In this document: one piece after another, positions 1-9,155 of the stretch
How the letters are laid out: each line of letters starts with the position of its first letter
Position numbering within the stretch: the first letter of the stretch is position 1
Translations under genes and position numbers: made by a program
The notes under the pieces: model-generated
The model's input: only the letters and a program-made list of their open reading frames with translations
Told to the model about the DNA's origin: nothing
Databases searched by the model: none
NCBI GenBank assembly: GCA_023430885.1
Contig: JAEYYH010000023.1
Span: forward strand, 48,577 to 112,576
Direction: 5' to 3'
DNA length: 64,000 nucleotides
From: Bacillota bacterium
GTDB taxonomy: Bacteria; Bacillota_I; Bacilli_A; RF39; UBA660

Positions 1-228
1 TTTTAATTCACCATATAGTTGGCCTGCTAAAGTTTTGTTATGCGCTAAAACTAAAGTTGGTTTGTTGGTTTGTTCTATAACATTAGCTATAGTAAATGTT
101 TTTCCTGTTCCAGTACCACCTAATAAAACTTGATACTTTTCTTTCTTATTTATATTATTTACTAATTTTTTTATTGCTTCTGGCTGATCTCCGCTTGGAG
201 AATATTTTGATACTAGTTTAAAATCCAT
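1..228 (-). CDS. uvrB: excinuclease ABC subunit B, N-terminal 76 codons (continues beyond window start)
   Basis: Manual reverse translation from the ATG at 228 gives [76 protein letters not shown]. It has Walker A GTGTGKT and a UvrB-typical N-terminus. It is truncated, so it is absent from the ORF track. Confidence 0.85.
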   Translation of the reverse strand, partial: MDFKLVSKYSPSGDQPEAIKKLVNNINKKEKYQVLLGGTGTGKTFTIANVIEQTNKPTLVLAHNKTLAGQLYGELK

Positions 229-271
229 TTTTATCACCAAAGTTATTTTAACATCTTTATATTTTAATAAC

Positions 272-300
272 AACAAAAAAAGTAAGTATTACTTACTTTT
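272..300 (-). terminator. rho-independent terminator of the noc-like gene
   Basis: Stem agtaagt/acttact (281-287 / 291-297) overlaps the stop codon. On the minus strand it is followed by a U-run (plus-strand aaaaaaa 274-280). Confidence 0.6.
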
Positions 301-2197
301 GTATTTTAATTATCACTTGATATGCTGTTTCAAAATCAAATTCCTCTGTATCTATAACAAAACCCATTTTTTCTAATTCTTTTGAACTGTTTCTAATTAG
401 TTCAAGGGCACTAGCAATGTTTTTATTTGATACAACTTGATTAGACGTAGTTGGAACTGGCATATCTTCTGAAGACAAAGGTTCAGTTACAACTAGTTCT
501 TCTCTTTCAACAGGAGTACTAATATTAAAATCAAAATCAGGTGTAATCATATTATTTGTCAAATCTTCATCTGCTATTGAAGGTGTTGCTATTTCTGAAA
601 TAGTGTTATCTAATACTGGTTCTGGGATATTTAGTTCTTCGGCAGATTGATTATTCAAATCTAAAATAGGTGTTTCATCCATTTTTTCAGGTTCCACTGG
701 AATAGCTATTTCATTTATATTTAATGCTGGTTCTTCGTTAAAAACTGAAGGTAAAGTTTCAATACTTTGAGTTTCCTCTAAAGGATTTAATGCTTTCGAA
801 ACATCTACTGAAGGTTGAATTGGAGCCTCTATTGGAGCCTCTATTGGTGTTTCTATTGGAACTTCTGTTGTGTTTAATAAAGAATTATCTTCTTTATTTC
901 CATCTAAATCAAAATTAAACACGTCTGTTATACCAGTAGCAACATTTTTTTCTGTTGCTGATTCATTATTTTCAATATTTTTTTCCTCATCTGTTGGTAA
1001 TGTAAAAAATTTACCAACTTTCAATTCTTCTTCTTTTTCTACTTGTGAAACTTCTGAACTAACAGAATCCTCTTGCCCTATTATAGATGGTTTTAACAAA
1101 CTATTTATATCAACAGGGTCTTTTTCAAGTACTGTTGGAATATCCTTTGCTACCTCGGCAATCTTATCAATATCCATAAAACCAGGATTTACTTCAGTCG
1201 AATTTGATGTAGTAATATCTTGAATATCATTATTTTCAAGAGCCACTGGTTGAACATCTTCGATTGGATTGCTAGGTATACTATTCTGTATAGTATCTGA
1301 AACAACATTAGTATCTTCATTATTTAGTTTAAATGGATTAAATTCTTCTGTTGGATTTACTGTAACTTGATCCTCATTAATTGCTGGCAATTGTTCTGGA
1401 TCATCTATAATAATAATTGGTTCTTCCATAAAAGAATCTTTTCCAACAACATTTGTTGAGTCAAATGTTGGAATTTTATCAGAAATAATTGGCATAATTC
1501 TAAAAGGATTATCTATTTCCTTATCTTCTATATCATTAGATGGAATTAGCATATTTTCAGAACCACTTTCTTCAGAATCACTACTATTTGAATCAGTTAA
1601 TAATTGAATAATCTCTTCATCAGTTTTTCTTACTGTTAATCTATTCTCGATTATTTTATTTAGCATTTGTCGTTGTTCTGACATATTAGATAACTTTAAT
1701 AGTGATCTTGCATGTCTTTCAGATATCTTTTCCTCTAGGACAGCTTCTTGCACTTCTTCATCTAGATTTAATAATCTTAACTTGTTTGCAACTGTAGATT
1801 GCGTTTTTCCCAACTTTGTTGCTAATTCTTCTTGTGTTAAATAACCCATATCCAATATTTTTTTATAAGAAATAGCTTCTTCAATAGGGGTTAAATCTTT
1901 TCTTTGAACATTCTCAATTAGTGCTACTTCAGCACTATCTTTATCATTTAATTCAGTTATAACTGCAGGAATTGTTTGTTTTCCGGCAAGTAAACTTGCT
2001 TTATATCTTCTTTCTCCAGCAATTATTTCATATTTATCTCCCATTGCTCTTACAACAATAGGTTGAATTACACCATGCTCTTTTATAGATTTACATAATT
2101 CATTTATTGAATCTTCATTAAATTTAATACGTGGTTGGAATCTATTAGGTAATACATCATTAACATCTAAATCCACAACTCTCTTTTCAAATTCCAT
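293..2197 (-). CDS. noc: Noc/ParB-family protein with long acidic low-complexity insertion
   Basis: 634-aa ORF. The first ~200 aa are ParB/Noc-like (LPNRFQPR, IIAGERRYKAS, HTH QSTVANKLRLLNL, ISERHARSLL). The last ~45 aa (..MGFVIDTEEFDFETAYQVIIKIQK) resemble the Noc C-terminus. The gene lies next to rsmG as noc does in Bacillota. SD agagg sits 7 nt upstream of the ATG. The middle ~390 aa are D/E/N/S/T/P-rich. Confidence 0.75.
   Translation of the reverse strand: MEFEKRVVDLDVNDVLPNRFQPRIKFNEDSINELCKSIKEHGVIQPIVVRAMGDKYEIIAGERRYKASLLAGKQTIPAVITELNDKDSAEVALIENVQRKDLTPIEEAISYKKILDMGYLTQEELATKLGKTQSTVANKLRLLNLDEEVQEAVLEEKISERHARSLLKLSNMSEQRQMLNKIIENRLTVRKTDEEIIQLLTDSNSSDSEESGSENMLIPSNDIEDKEIDNPFRIMPIISDKIPTFDSTNVVGKDSFMEEPIIIIDDPEQLPAINEDQVTVNPTEEFNPFKLNNEDTNVVSDTIQNSIPSNPIEDVQPVALENNDIQDITTSNSTEVNPGFMDIDKIAEVAKDIPTVLEKDPVDINSLLKPSIIGQEDSVSSEVSQVEKEEELKVGKFFTLPTDEEKNIENNESATEKNVATGITDVFNFDLDGNKEDNSLLNTTEVPIETPIEAPIEAPIQPSVDVSKALNPLEETQSIETLPSVFNEEPALNINEIAIPVEPEKMDETPILDLNNQSAEELNIPEPVLDNTISEIATPSIADEDLTNNMITPDFDFNISTPVEREELVVTEPLSSEDMPVPTTSNQVVSNKNIASALELIRNSSKELEKMGFVIDTEEFDFETAYQVIIKIQK
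819..860. repeat. 12-nt tandem repeat (attggagcctct, about 3.5 units) inside the noc-like tail
   Basis: Read directly as attggagcctct attggagcctct attggtgtttct attgga. On the minus strand it encodes PIETPIEAPIEAPIQ. Confidence 0.85.
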
Positions 2198-2262
2198 ATT
2201 ATACCTCTATTCTTAAAATACTCTATTTATATAATACTATAAATTTTATTTTTAAACAAGAG

Positions 2263-2286
2263 TATTTGGGAAATATTTCCCAAATA
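2263..2286. repeat. perfect 24-bp palindrome TATTTGGGAAATATTTCCCAAATA between rsmG and the noc-like gene
   Basis: Read directly. The first 12 nt are the reverse complement of the last 12. It contains Noc-binding-site half-sites GGGAAAT and ATTTCCC in everted order. It lies just upstream of a candidate promoter (ttgttt-17-tattat on the minus strand) of the noc-like gene. Confidence 0.8.
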
Positions 2287-2313
2287 ATAAAAAGAAACCT
2301 ATAAAGGTTTCTT
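2287..2313 (-). terminator. rho-independent terminator of rsmG (overlaps its stop codon)
   Basis: Stem agaaacct/aggtttct (2293-2300 / 2305-2312) with loop ataa. On the minus strand it is followed by UUUUAUUAUUU. Confidence 0.6.
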
Positions 2314-3003
2314 TTTTATATCTGAATTTTTTCTAGGATAAATATTTAAAGTCGCTTTTTCTTTTAAATATAAAATAATAGTACGTTGACTATTTTCATA
2401 AGGAAGAAAAAATTCTTCTTTTCTCACTTCTTTTAAACTTAATTTTTTAATAGCATTCTGACTTAAATTTATTTCCTGGGAAATGTTTGCTTTCATTGGT
2501 ATAAAAAATTTTCCTGTTTTTACTAATGGAACACAATATTCCATCAAAATTGGTAGATTTGCTACTGCACGAGCTGTAACTACATCATATAATTCACGAT
2601 TTTTTATGCCATATTCTTCACTTCTAGCATGAATTGTTTCTATATCTTTTAAGTTTAATTCACTAATAACTAAATTTAAAAATTTTATTCTTTTCTCTAA
2701 TGCATCAATTAATGTCACTTTCAAACCTGGAAATAAAATTTTTAACACTATACCAGGAAAACCAGCACCAGTACCTATATCACATAACGTTTTTTCATGG
2801 TTTAAATCTACAACTTTAACTATAGTTGCAGAATCATAAAAGTGTTTTAAATAAACATCTTTCTTCTCTGTTATAGCTGTTAAATTAATTTTTTCATTCC
2901 ATTCGATAAGTAATTTATAATATTTATTAAATTGATTTAGTTGTTCTGAGCATAATTTTATGCCTATTTTATTTAACTCTAACTCAAAATTATTTTCTGT
3001 CAT
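2299..3003 (-). CDS. rsmG: 16S rRNA (guanine527-N7)-methyltransferase
   Basis: 234 aa with SAM-binding motif DIGTGAGFPG. It follows the conserved mnmE-mnmG-rsmG order and overlaps mnmG by 14 nt. Confidence 0.93.
   Translation of the reverse strand: MTENNFELELNKIGIKLCSEQLNQFNKYYKLLIEWNEKINLTAITEKKDVYLKHFYDSATIVKVVDLNHEKTLCDIGTGAGFPGIVLKILFPGLKVTLIDALEKRIKFLNLVISELNLKDIETIHARSEEYGIKNRELYDVVTARAVANLPILMEYCVPLVKTGKFFIPMKANISQEINLSQNAIKKLSLKEVRKEEFFLPYENSQRTIILYLKEKATLNIYPRKNSDIKKKPL
2470..2485. promoter_or_regulatory. Noc-binding-site-like palindrome (14/16 to TATTTCCCGGGAAATA)
   Basis: TATTTCCTGGGAAATG read directly. The 14-nt core ATTTCCTGGGAAAT is identical to the copy at 20654-20667. It lies inside the rsmG CDS. 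Confidence 0.5.
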
Positions 3004-4864
3004 AATGATACTCCTTTTTTAGATATATCATAAGTATTGATACATCTGCAGGATTAACACCACTAATTCTAAGTGCTTGTCCAATAGAAGTAGGTCTTAC
3101 TTCTTTTAATTTTTGTTTTGCTTCACTAGCTAAATTATGTATTTTTTCATAATCTATATCTTCAGGAATTTTTTTATCATCTAAATCAACCATCTTATTA
3201 GCTTCTTTTTCTGCCTTTTTTATATATCCTTCATATTTAATATTTATTTGAACTTGCTCTTTTACATCTTCATCATAATTTAAAACATAAAATTCTTCTA
3301 TATCTTTTATAGAAATTTCTGGCCTTTTTAATAAATTATATAAAGTAATTCCATCCTTTAAGATAGCTGAATCCTTTTGCTCTAAATACTTGTTTACTTT
3401 ATCATTTGGATTTAATTTTTTTTCATGTAGTTCTTGTTCTAATAATTTGATTTTTTTTGTTTTTTCAAGGAATTTATTATATCTATCCAACTCAATTAAT
3501 CCAACTTCATAACCGTGTTTTCTAAGTCTAATATCAGCATTATCGCTTCTTAATAAAAGTCTATATTCTGCCCTTGAAGTTAAAAGACGATAAGGGTCTC
3601 TTATACCCTTATTAACTAAATCATCTATTAGAACTCCAATATAAGCTTCGTTTCTTTTTAATATTAATGGTTCTTTACCCTCTAACTTTAAAGCTGCGTT
3701 TATTCCTGCTATTAATCCTTGACCAGCTGCTTCTTCATACCCACTAGTTCCATTTATTTGTCCCGCAGTAAATAAATTTGATATTATTTTATTTTCCAAA
3801 GATAATTTCATCTGAGTAGGGTATACTGCGTCATATTCAATAGCATAAGCATATTTTAATATCTTTGCATTTTCTAAACCTGGCAAACTGTGTACCATAA
3901 GGTCTTGTACTTCATGTGGCATACTTGTTGAAAAACCTTGTATGTATATATCATCATAATAGATACTTTCAGGCTCTAAGAAAAGTTGATGTTTTTCCTT
4001 ATCACAAAATCTAACAACTTTATCTTCTATAGACGGACAGTATCTTGGCCCAACTCCTGTGATATCATCTAAACCGCCATACATACTAGATTTATTTAAA
4101 TTTTCTCTTATTATTTTATGTGTTTTTGGTGTTGTATATATTAAATGGCAAGGAACTTGTTTTTCAATTTCATATGGCTTATTATTATCAAAACTAAAGT
4201 ATCTATATGTTTGATCACCAAATTCTTCTTTTGATTTTGAAAAATCAATACTATTTTTATCTATTCTCTGTGGTGTTCCAGTTTTTAACCTTATTATTTT
4301 CAAACCGTATTTTTTAAGATTGTCACTTAAATGCTGACTTGGTTTTTCGCCATGTGGTCCTTCTCTTCTTCTAGTATCACCAACCATAATATCAGATTTT
4401 AAATAAGTCCCTGTTGTTAAAATAACAGCATCACTGAATATTTTAGTATTATCTGCTAAAACTATTCCTTTTACAATATTATCTTCTACTATTAAATCTT
4501 CTACCATAGCTTCCAATATCATTAAATTTTCCTGTTTTTCTAATTGTTCTAACATTAATTTTGGATAAATTACCTTATCTGCTTGCGCTCTTAAGGCTTG
4601 AACTGCTGGACCTTTAGCACTATTTAACATCTTTATTTGGATTTTACCTTCATCTGCACATTTACCCATTTGTCCGCCTAAAGCATCTATTTCTCTAACA
4701 ACTATTCCTTTAGCACTTCCTCCAATAGATGGATTGCATGGCATGTCGGCTATATTCTTTTTATTTCCACTTATTAATAAAGTTTTATGACCTTTTCGAG
4801 CTGCTGCCAAAGCTGCTTCACACCCGGCATGACCACCACCAACAACAATTATTTCATATTTCAT
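2990..4864 (-). CDS. mnmG: tRNA uridine 5-carboxymethylaminomethyl modification enzyme MnmG (GidA)
   Basis: 624 aa with N-terminal FAD fold motif VVGGGHAGCEAA. GidA-family length and synteny. Confidence 0.96.
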   Translation of the reverse strand: MKYEIIVVGGGHAGCEAALAAARKGHKTLLISGNKKNIADMPCNPSIGGSAKGIVVREIDALGGQMGKCADEGKIQIKMLNSAKGPAVQALRAQADKVIYPKLMLEQLEKQENLMILEAMVEDLIVEDNIVKGIVLADNTKIFSDAVILTTGTYLKSDIMVGDTRRREGPHGEKPSQHLSDNLKKYGLKIIRLKTGTPQRIDKNSIDFSKSKEEFGDQTYRYFSFDNNKPYEIEKQVPCHLIYTTPKTHKIIRENLNKSSMYGGLDDITGVGPRYCPSIEDKVVRFCDKEKHQLFLEPESIYYDDIYIQGFSTSMPHEVQDLMVHSLPGLENAKILKYAYAIEYDAVYPTQMKLSLENKIISNLFTAGQINGTSGYEEAAGQGLIAGINAALKLEGKEPLILKRNEAYIGVLIDDLVNKGIRDPYRLLTSRAEYRLLLRSDNADIRLRKHGYEVGLIELDRYNKFLEKTKKIKLLEQELHEKKLNPNDKVNKYLEQKDSAILKDGITLYNLLKRPEISIKDIEEFYVLNYDEDVKEQVQINIKYEGYIKKAEKEANKMVDLDDKKIPEDIDYEKIHNLASEAKQKLKEVRPTSIGQALRISGVNPADVSILMIYLKKEYHYDRK

Positions 4865-4879
4865 ATTATCACTTCCAAT

Positions 4880-6232
4880 TTATTTTCCTAAACAAAATCT
4901 GCTAAATAATTGGTCTATTAATTCTTCTTCATATGTTTCACCAATTATTTCACCTAATATATTCCAAACTTCTTTTAAATCTATCTCAACCATATCGATT
5001 GGCATATTTTTATCGATACCTTTTATTACTTCTTTTAATGAATTTAATGCCTTTTCAACTAACGAAATACTCCTTGCATTTGACAAATATGTCATATTTT
5101 CAGTTTCAATATTTCCCAAATTATAGATTTCTTTTATTTTTTCTTTTAGTTCTTCTATACCTTGGTTTTCCAAAGTACTTATATAAACAATATTTTTAAT
5201 ACCAGCTGGCAAATCAATATTGCTAGCTAAATCACATTTATTAACAACAACAATATAATTTTTATCTCTTATTTTTTCTAAAATTTGCAATTCATTAGTA
5301 CTTATTTTATCATTATTACTTAATACATATAAAATCAAATCTGAATTTTCAATTAATTCTAAACTTTTTTTTACACCTATACTTTCAACTAAATTATTTG
5401 TTTCTCTTATTCCAGCAGTATCTATTATGTTTAATAAAATTCCGTCTAGAGAAATTTTTCCTTCAACTATATCGCGAGTTGTTCCTTCTATATCAGTAAC
5501 TATTGCTTTATCTTCGTTTATCAGTTTATTTAATAGACTACTTTTTCCAACATTTGGTTTTCCTATAATTGATGTTTTAATTCCATCTTTAATAAGTATT
5601 CCATCTTTACTATCTGCTAATATTTTTTCTAGTTTTTTCTCTAAATCGTTTAAATTAGGTAATATTTTTTCGTTCGTTATTATTTCTATATCTTCGTATT
5701 CTGGATAATCAATATTAACTTCAATATTAGATACAATTTGAATTATTTCATTTCTTAGATTTCTAATCATATTTGAAACTTTTCCATCAAGCTGATTTAT
5801 TGCTAAAGAGCGTGATTTCTCTGTTTTAGAATTTATTAAATCCATAACACTTTCTGCTTGCATTAAATCAATTCTACCATTTAGAAAAGCGCGTTTTGTA
5901 AATTCTCCTGGTTCTGATAGCCTACAACCATTATTTAATAATAATTTCAAAATGTAATTTGTTGTTGCTATACTTCCATGCGCATTTATTTCAACTACAT
6001 CTTCACATGTGAATGTTTTTGGTGCTCTCATTACAGTAATTAAAACCTCATCTACTATTTTATCATTATCCATAATATGATCATAATTAATAGTATGGGA
6101 AGAAGCTTTCATTATCTTTTTCATTTTAGTGATTTTATTTACTATTTCTATTGATTCTGGACCACTTACTCTTATAATTGAAATACCGCCAACACCTAAA
6201 GCTGTTGATATTGCTGCTATTGTATCGTTCAT
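4880..6232 (-). CDS. mnmE: tRNA modification GTPase MnmE (TrmE)
   Basis: 450 aa with G-domain motifs GKPNVGKSSLLN, DTAGIRE and NKCD, and the C-terminal CLGK typical of MnmE. Confidence 0.96.
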   Translation of the reverse strand: MNDTIAAISTALGVGGISIIRVSGPESIEIVNKITKMKKIMKASSHTINYDHIMDNDKIVDEVLITVMRAPKTFTCEDVVEINAHGSIATTNYILKLLLNNGCRLSEPGEFTKRAFLNGRIDLMQAESVMDLINSKTEKSRSLAINQLDGKVSNMIRNLRNEIIQIVSNIEVNIDYPEYEDIEIITNEKILPNLNDLEKKLEKILADSKDGILIKDGIKTSIIGKPNVGKSSLLNKLINEDKAIVTDIEGTTRDIVEGKISLDGILLNIIDTAGIRETNNLVESIGVKKSLELIENSDLILYVLSNNDKISTNELQILEKIRDKNYIVVVNKCDLASNIDLPAGIKNIVYISTLENQGIEELKEKIKEIYNLGNIETENMTYLSNARSISLVEKALNSLKEVIKGIDKNMPIDMVEIDLKEVWNILGEIIGETYEEELIDQLFSRFCLGK

Positions 6233-6239
6233 TTTTCAC

Positions 6240-6782
6240 CTACTTTAATCTAATTTTAAATATCTTAAAAACAAATGCTAATCCTACATATTTATATAAT
6301 TGTTTTGGAGTAGCTAAAATTTCCAAAGAAATTACTTTATCCACACATGTAATTATCCAACTTTCAGCATACTTTGGAGGTCTTATATTTAGTGGAAACA
6401 TATGCTTAACAATAATATCACTTATTTTATCAGTCATATACTCTGGAAATATTTTTCTTGAATTTTCTAAAGCTTCATAAGCATGAACAAAACCATGCAT
6501 ATTTTTTAATCCTTTTTTTGGATTTTTTTGCCAATCATCATAATAAAAATCATGAAGCAAGCCACCTATTGCAGCACTCTCATAATCTAATTTTAATAAT
6601 TTCGCAACTTTATATGAATTAAAAGAAACCATTAATGAATGAGTATACACTGATCTATTTTCATGGTGATTATAATCTATTCTCTTTTTAAATTCTTCGT
6701 TACTTAAAATATAACGCACTATATCTAAGTATTCATCATTCAATTTACTATATATTTTTTCTAGTTTTTTTTCCTCATTCAT
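6240..6782 (-). CDS. HD-domain phosphohydrolase
   Basis: 180 aa with an H..HD metal signature (YTHSLMV ... GGLLHDFYYDDW ... HGFVH). Specific substrate unknown. Confidence 0.7.
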   Translation of the reverse strand: MNEEKKLEKIYSKLNDEYLDIVRYILSNEEFKKRIDYNHHENRSVYTHSLMVSFNSYKVAKLLKLDYESAAIGGLLHDFYYDDWQKNPKKGLKNMHGFVHAYEALENSRKIFPEYMTDKISDIIVKHMFPLNIRPPKYAESWIITCVDKVISLEILATPKQLYKYVGLAFVFKIFKIRLK

Positions 6783-6840
6783 GTAGATTCCTCCCTAATT
6801 GATTAATTATACACTACTTTAATAAAAAAAAGAAGATTTT

Positions 6841-7437
6841 TTAATCTTCTTTATAACTTATTACTATATATCTGCTTGGATCTTCTCCAAAACTTTCACT
6901 TTGTAAATTTTTAAAATTGCCAATTACGTTATGAACAATTCTTCTTTCATATGAATTCATTGGATCTAATTTAACTTCAACTTTTGTATCTAATACTTCT
7001 TTTGCTAAAACTTTTATCTCTCTTTCAAGTCTTTTTTCCTTATTTGTTTTATAATTTGCAGCATCAACATTAATTCTGATGTTAAATCCTGTTTTATTAT
7101 TTATTGCTTGATGTAATAACAGTTGAATTGAGTTTAAAGTTCTACCATCTTTTCCAATTAGTATAGAATTATCATCTCCAATTAACATAACAAAATAACA
7201 ATCATCATTATATCTAATTTCTGTATTTATTTTTTTATTCATTGATAATCCTAAATTATTAATAAACTCTTTTATAAAATTTCTAATTGCTTGTTTTTCT
7301 ATAGTCTTAATTAAATATTTTTTTCCTTTAAACAACTTTCCTGGAATTTCTTCGATTTTATAATGAACGTCATCTAAATTAACACTAGAAAGTAGTTCTT
7401 CTTCAGTTTTTCCTTCTTTTTCTACAACTTCTATCAT
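6841..7437 (-). CDS. khpB: RNA-binding protein KhpB/Jag (KH + R3H domains)
   Basis: 198 aa with the R3H region ERRIVHNV near the C-terminus. Conserved position downstream of yidC, with a 4-nt overlap. Confidence 0.88.
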   Translation of the reverse strand: MIEVVEKEGKTEEELLSSVNLDDVHYKIEEIPGKLFKGKKYLIKTIEKQAIRNFIKEFINNLGLSMNKKINTEIRYNDDCYFVMLIGDDNSILIGKDGRTLNSIQLLLHQAINNKTGFNIRINVDAANYKTNKEKRLEREIKVLAKEVLDTKVEVKLDPMNSYERRIVHNVIGNFKNLQSESFGEDPSRYIVISYKED

Positions 7438-8357
7438 TTCGCAATACTCCTTTTAACATATAAATTTTGAACAATTGTAAATGTTGAATTTGTAATCCAA
7501 TATAATGCTATTGCAGCTGAAACTGTAAACGAAGCAGTACCAATCATTACAAGAGTAATATTTCGCATCAATTTCATTTGAGCTTCTTGTTCTTTCCCTA
7601 ATGCAGCTCCACTATTAAGTTTAAATGAGTAGAATGTTACCAAAAATACTAATAAAATTAATATAACATAATAATATTGCCCATTTCCGAAAGCAGTAAA
7701 TGGGGTAACACCTAAATCAAACAATAGAAATTTTCCTTCAAATACTGATGGTAATCTATAAAGAGCTTCATAAAAGGCCATGAATAATGGTAATTGGATA
7801 AATGAGAATAAACATCCTGACATTGGATTTATATTATATTTTTTATATAAAATCAACATTTCCTGACTTTTTTGCATCATACTATCCTGATCTTTTTTAT
7901 CCTTATATTTTTTTTCTAATTTTGTTAATTCAGGCTGAACTAATTTTAAATTTTCTGATTGCATTGCAGCTTTTTTAGTAAATGGAATCATAATTGTTCT
8001 TATCAATAAAGTAACTATTATAATAGATAAACCAAAATTTTTAACAAAATATCCTATCTTTAATATTAACCAAGCAAGTGGTTTAACAAATATTGTTGTC
8101 CATATACCTTCATAACCACCACTATTAATTTTAAATTCACTACACTTTGGCAAAGAATTATTATTTTGACCTACTTCTTCATATTTTGCTATTGTATCTG
8201 GAGAAATAGGTTGGCATAAGATATTTTCTACTAAATTTTGTCCTGTTGTTTCATTCTTTACTATTTTCTTATCTGAATCTTTTAGATAAGAAGTACATCC
8301 TGTTAAGGTAAATACACATAGCAGTAAAGAAATAATTAATATTTTCTTTTTTTTCAT
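7434..8357 (-). CDS. yidC: membrane protein insertase YidC (lipoprotein type)
   Basis: 307 aa with lipobox LTGC after the signal peptide and a multi-TM YidC/Oxa1 core. Follows the rnpA-yidC-jag order. Confidence 0.93.
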   Translation of the reverse strand: MKKKKILIISLLLCVFTLTGCTSYLKDSDKKIVKNETTGQNLVENILCQPISPDTIAKYEEVGQNNNSLPKCSEFKINSGGYEGIWTTIFVKPLAWLILKIGYFVKNFGLSIIIVTLLIRTIMIPFTKKAAMQSENLKLVQPELTKLEKKYKDKKDQDSMMQKSQEMLILYKKYNINPMSGCLFSFIQLPLFMAFYEALYRLPSVFEGKFLLFDLGVTPFTAFGNGQYYYVILILLVFLVTFYSFKLNSGAALGKEQEAQMKLMRNITLVMIGTASFTVSAAIALYWITNSTFTIVQNLYVKRSIAK

Positions 8358-8360
8358 TTG

Positions 8361-8693
8361 CTACTCCTTTATTAATTTTAAATCCTTAAAAGCATTTATT
8401 AATTCATTTTCTAGTTCTGAATATGAAATTGATAATACACTCTTCTTAAGTATTATAATACAATTGAAGTTGTTTTGGTAGATATTTTGATCGATAATAT
8501 TTTTAATTCGTCTTTTATATAAATTTCTAGTTACAGCATTACCAATTTTTTTGCTCACAGAAATACCAAAATGATAAAATCTATCATCTGTTCTTTCTAT
8601 ATATATATATACATCTTTAAATTTATATGATTTATTACTTTTAATAATTCTATCAAAATCTCTATTATTTTTTAAAATATTAATTTTTTTCAT
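8361..8693 (-). CDS. rnpA: ribonuclease P protein component
   Basis: 110-aa basic protein immediately downstream of rpmH. Family-typical size and context. Confidence 0.9.
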   Translation of the reverse strand: MKKINILKNNRDFDRIIKSNKSYKFKDVYIYIERTDDRFYHFGISVSKKIGNAVTRNLYKRRIKNIIDQNIYQNNFNCIIILKKSVLSISYSELENELINAFKDLKLIKE

Positions 8694-8736
8694 ATTTCAC
8701 CATCCAACTAAAAAACCACTTATACAGTGGTAATTA

Positions 8737-8859
8737 TTAATGAGATAAAACTTTACGTCCTTTTCTTCTTCTTCTTTTAATGATTGAAGATTTAGCACGA
8801 GCTAAGAATCCTATTTTTTTACTTCTTTTTCTTGTATTTGGTTGATATGTTCTTTTCAT
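8737..8859 (-). CDS. rpmH: 50S ribosomal protein L34
   Basis: Manual reverse translation gives [40 protein letters not shown] with stop TAA. SD ggaggtg lies upstream. It is too short for the ORF track. Confidence 0.93.
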   Translation of the reverse strand: MKRTYQPNTRKRSKKIGFLARAKSSIIKRRRRKGRKVLSH

Positions 8860-8944
8860 TGTAACACCTCCTGAACTTTTAGTTTAATATTTGGTTGCAT
8901 CATTAATTATATATATAAATGCCTTTTTTGTCAAACCTTTTCAT

Positions 8945-9115
8945 CCTTTTTGTGGAAAATATGTGGATTTTTTTTTATTAACATTTATTTTTTTAAAATT
9001 GTTTAAAAGAAATCTTTATTTTTTAATATTTTTTTTATTTTTCCACTTTTTTTGTGGAATATTATTTTATTTTATTTAATATTTTATTTTTCCACCAAAA
9101 ATGTGGAAAAAAATG
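8945..9115. promoter_or_regulatory. oriC part 1: DnaA-box cluster between rpmH and dnaA
   Basis: DnaA-box-like 9-mers (consensus TTATCCACA and its complement): tgtggaaaa 8951-8959, tgtggattt 8962-8970, ttttccact 9039-9047, tgtggaata 9053-9061, ttttccacc 9088-9096, tgtggaaaa 9102-9110. Two pairs form inverted repeats TTCCAC-N6/7-GTGGAA. Confidence 0.8.
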
Positions 9116-9155
9116 CTATTTTGTTATATTATATATATTATTTATGCACATTATA

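Noticed and set aside
870-1223. 117-aa plus-strand ORF antisense to the noc-like gene. Similar antisense or alternative-frame ORFs occur at 4933-5199, 5427-5708, 6178-6480, 9944-10228, 13479-13676, 14024-14209, 16043-16237, 16934-17200 and 17375-17653. More occur at 20682-21032, 24930-25130, 27272-27481, 27681-27986, 28422-28640, 29929-30264, 31757-31987, 32785-33075 and 36455-36927. The remainder are at 39455-39649, 41504-41689, 42619-42963, 44562-44849, 45067-45306, 49154-49357, 50329-50589, 53563-53859, 55098-56004, 56165-56374, 58805-59014, 59315-59527, 60702-60908 and 62927-63181.
   Set aside because: All lie entirely inside or across well-supported conserved genes. They have low-complexity S/F/L/I-rich translations typical of the reverse frame of AT-rich coding DNA, and they have no SD and no recognisable domains.
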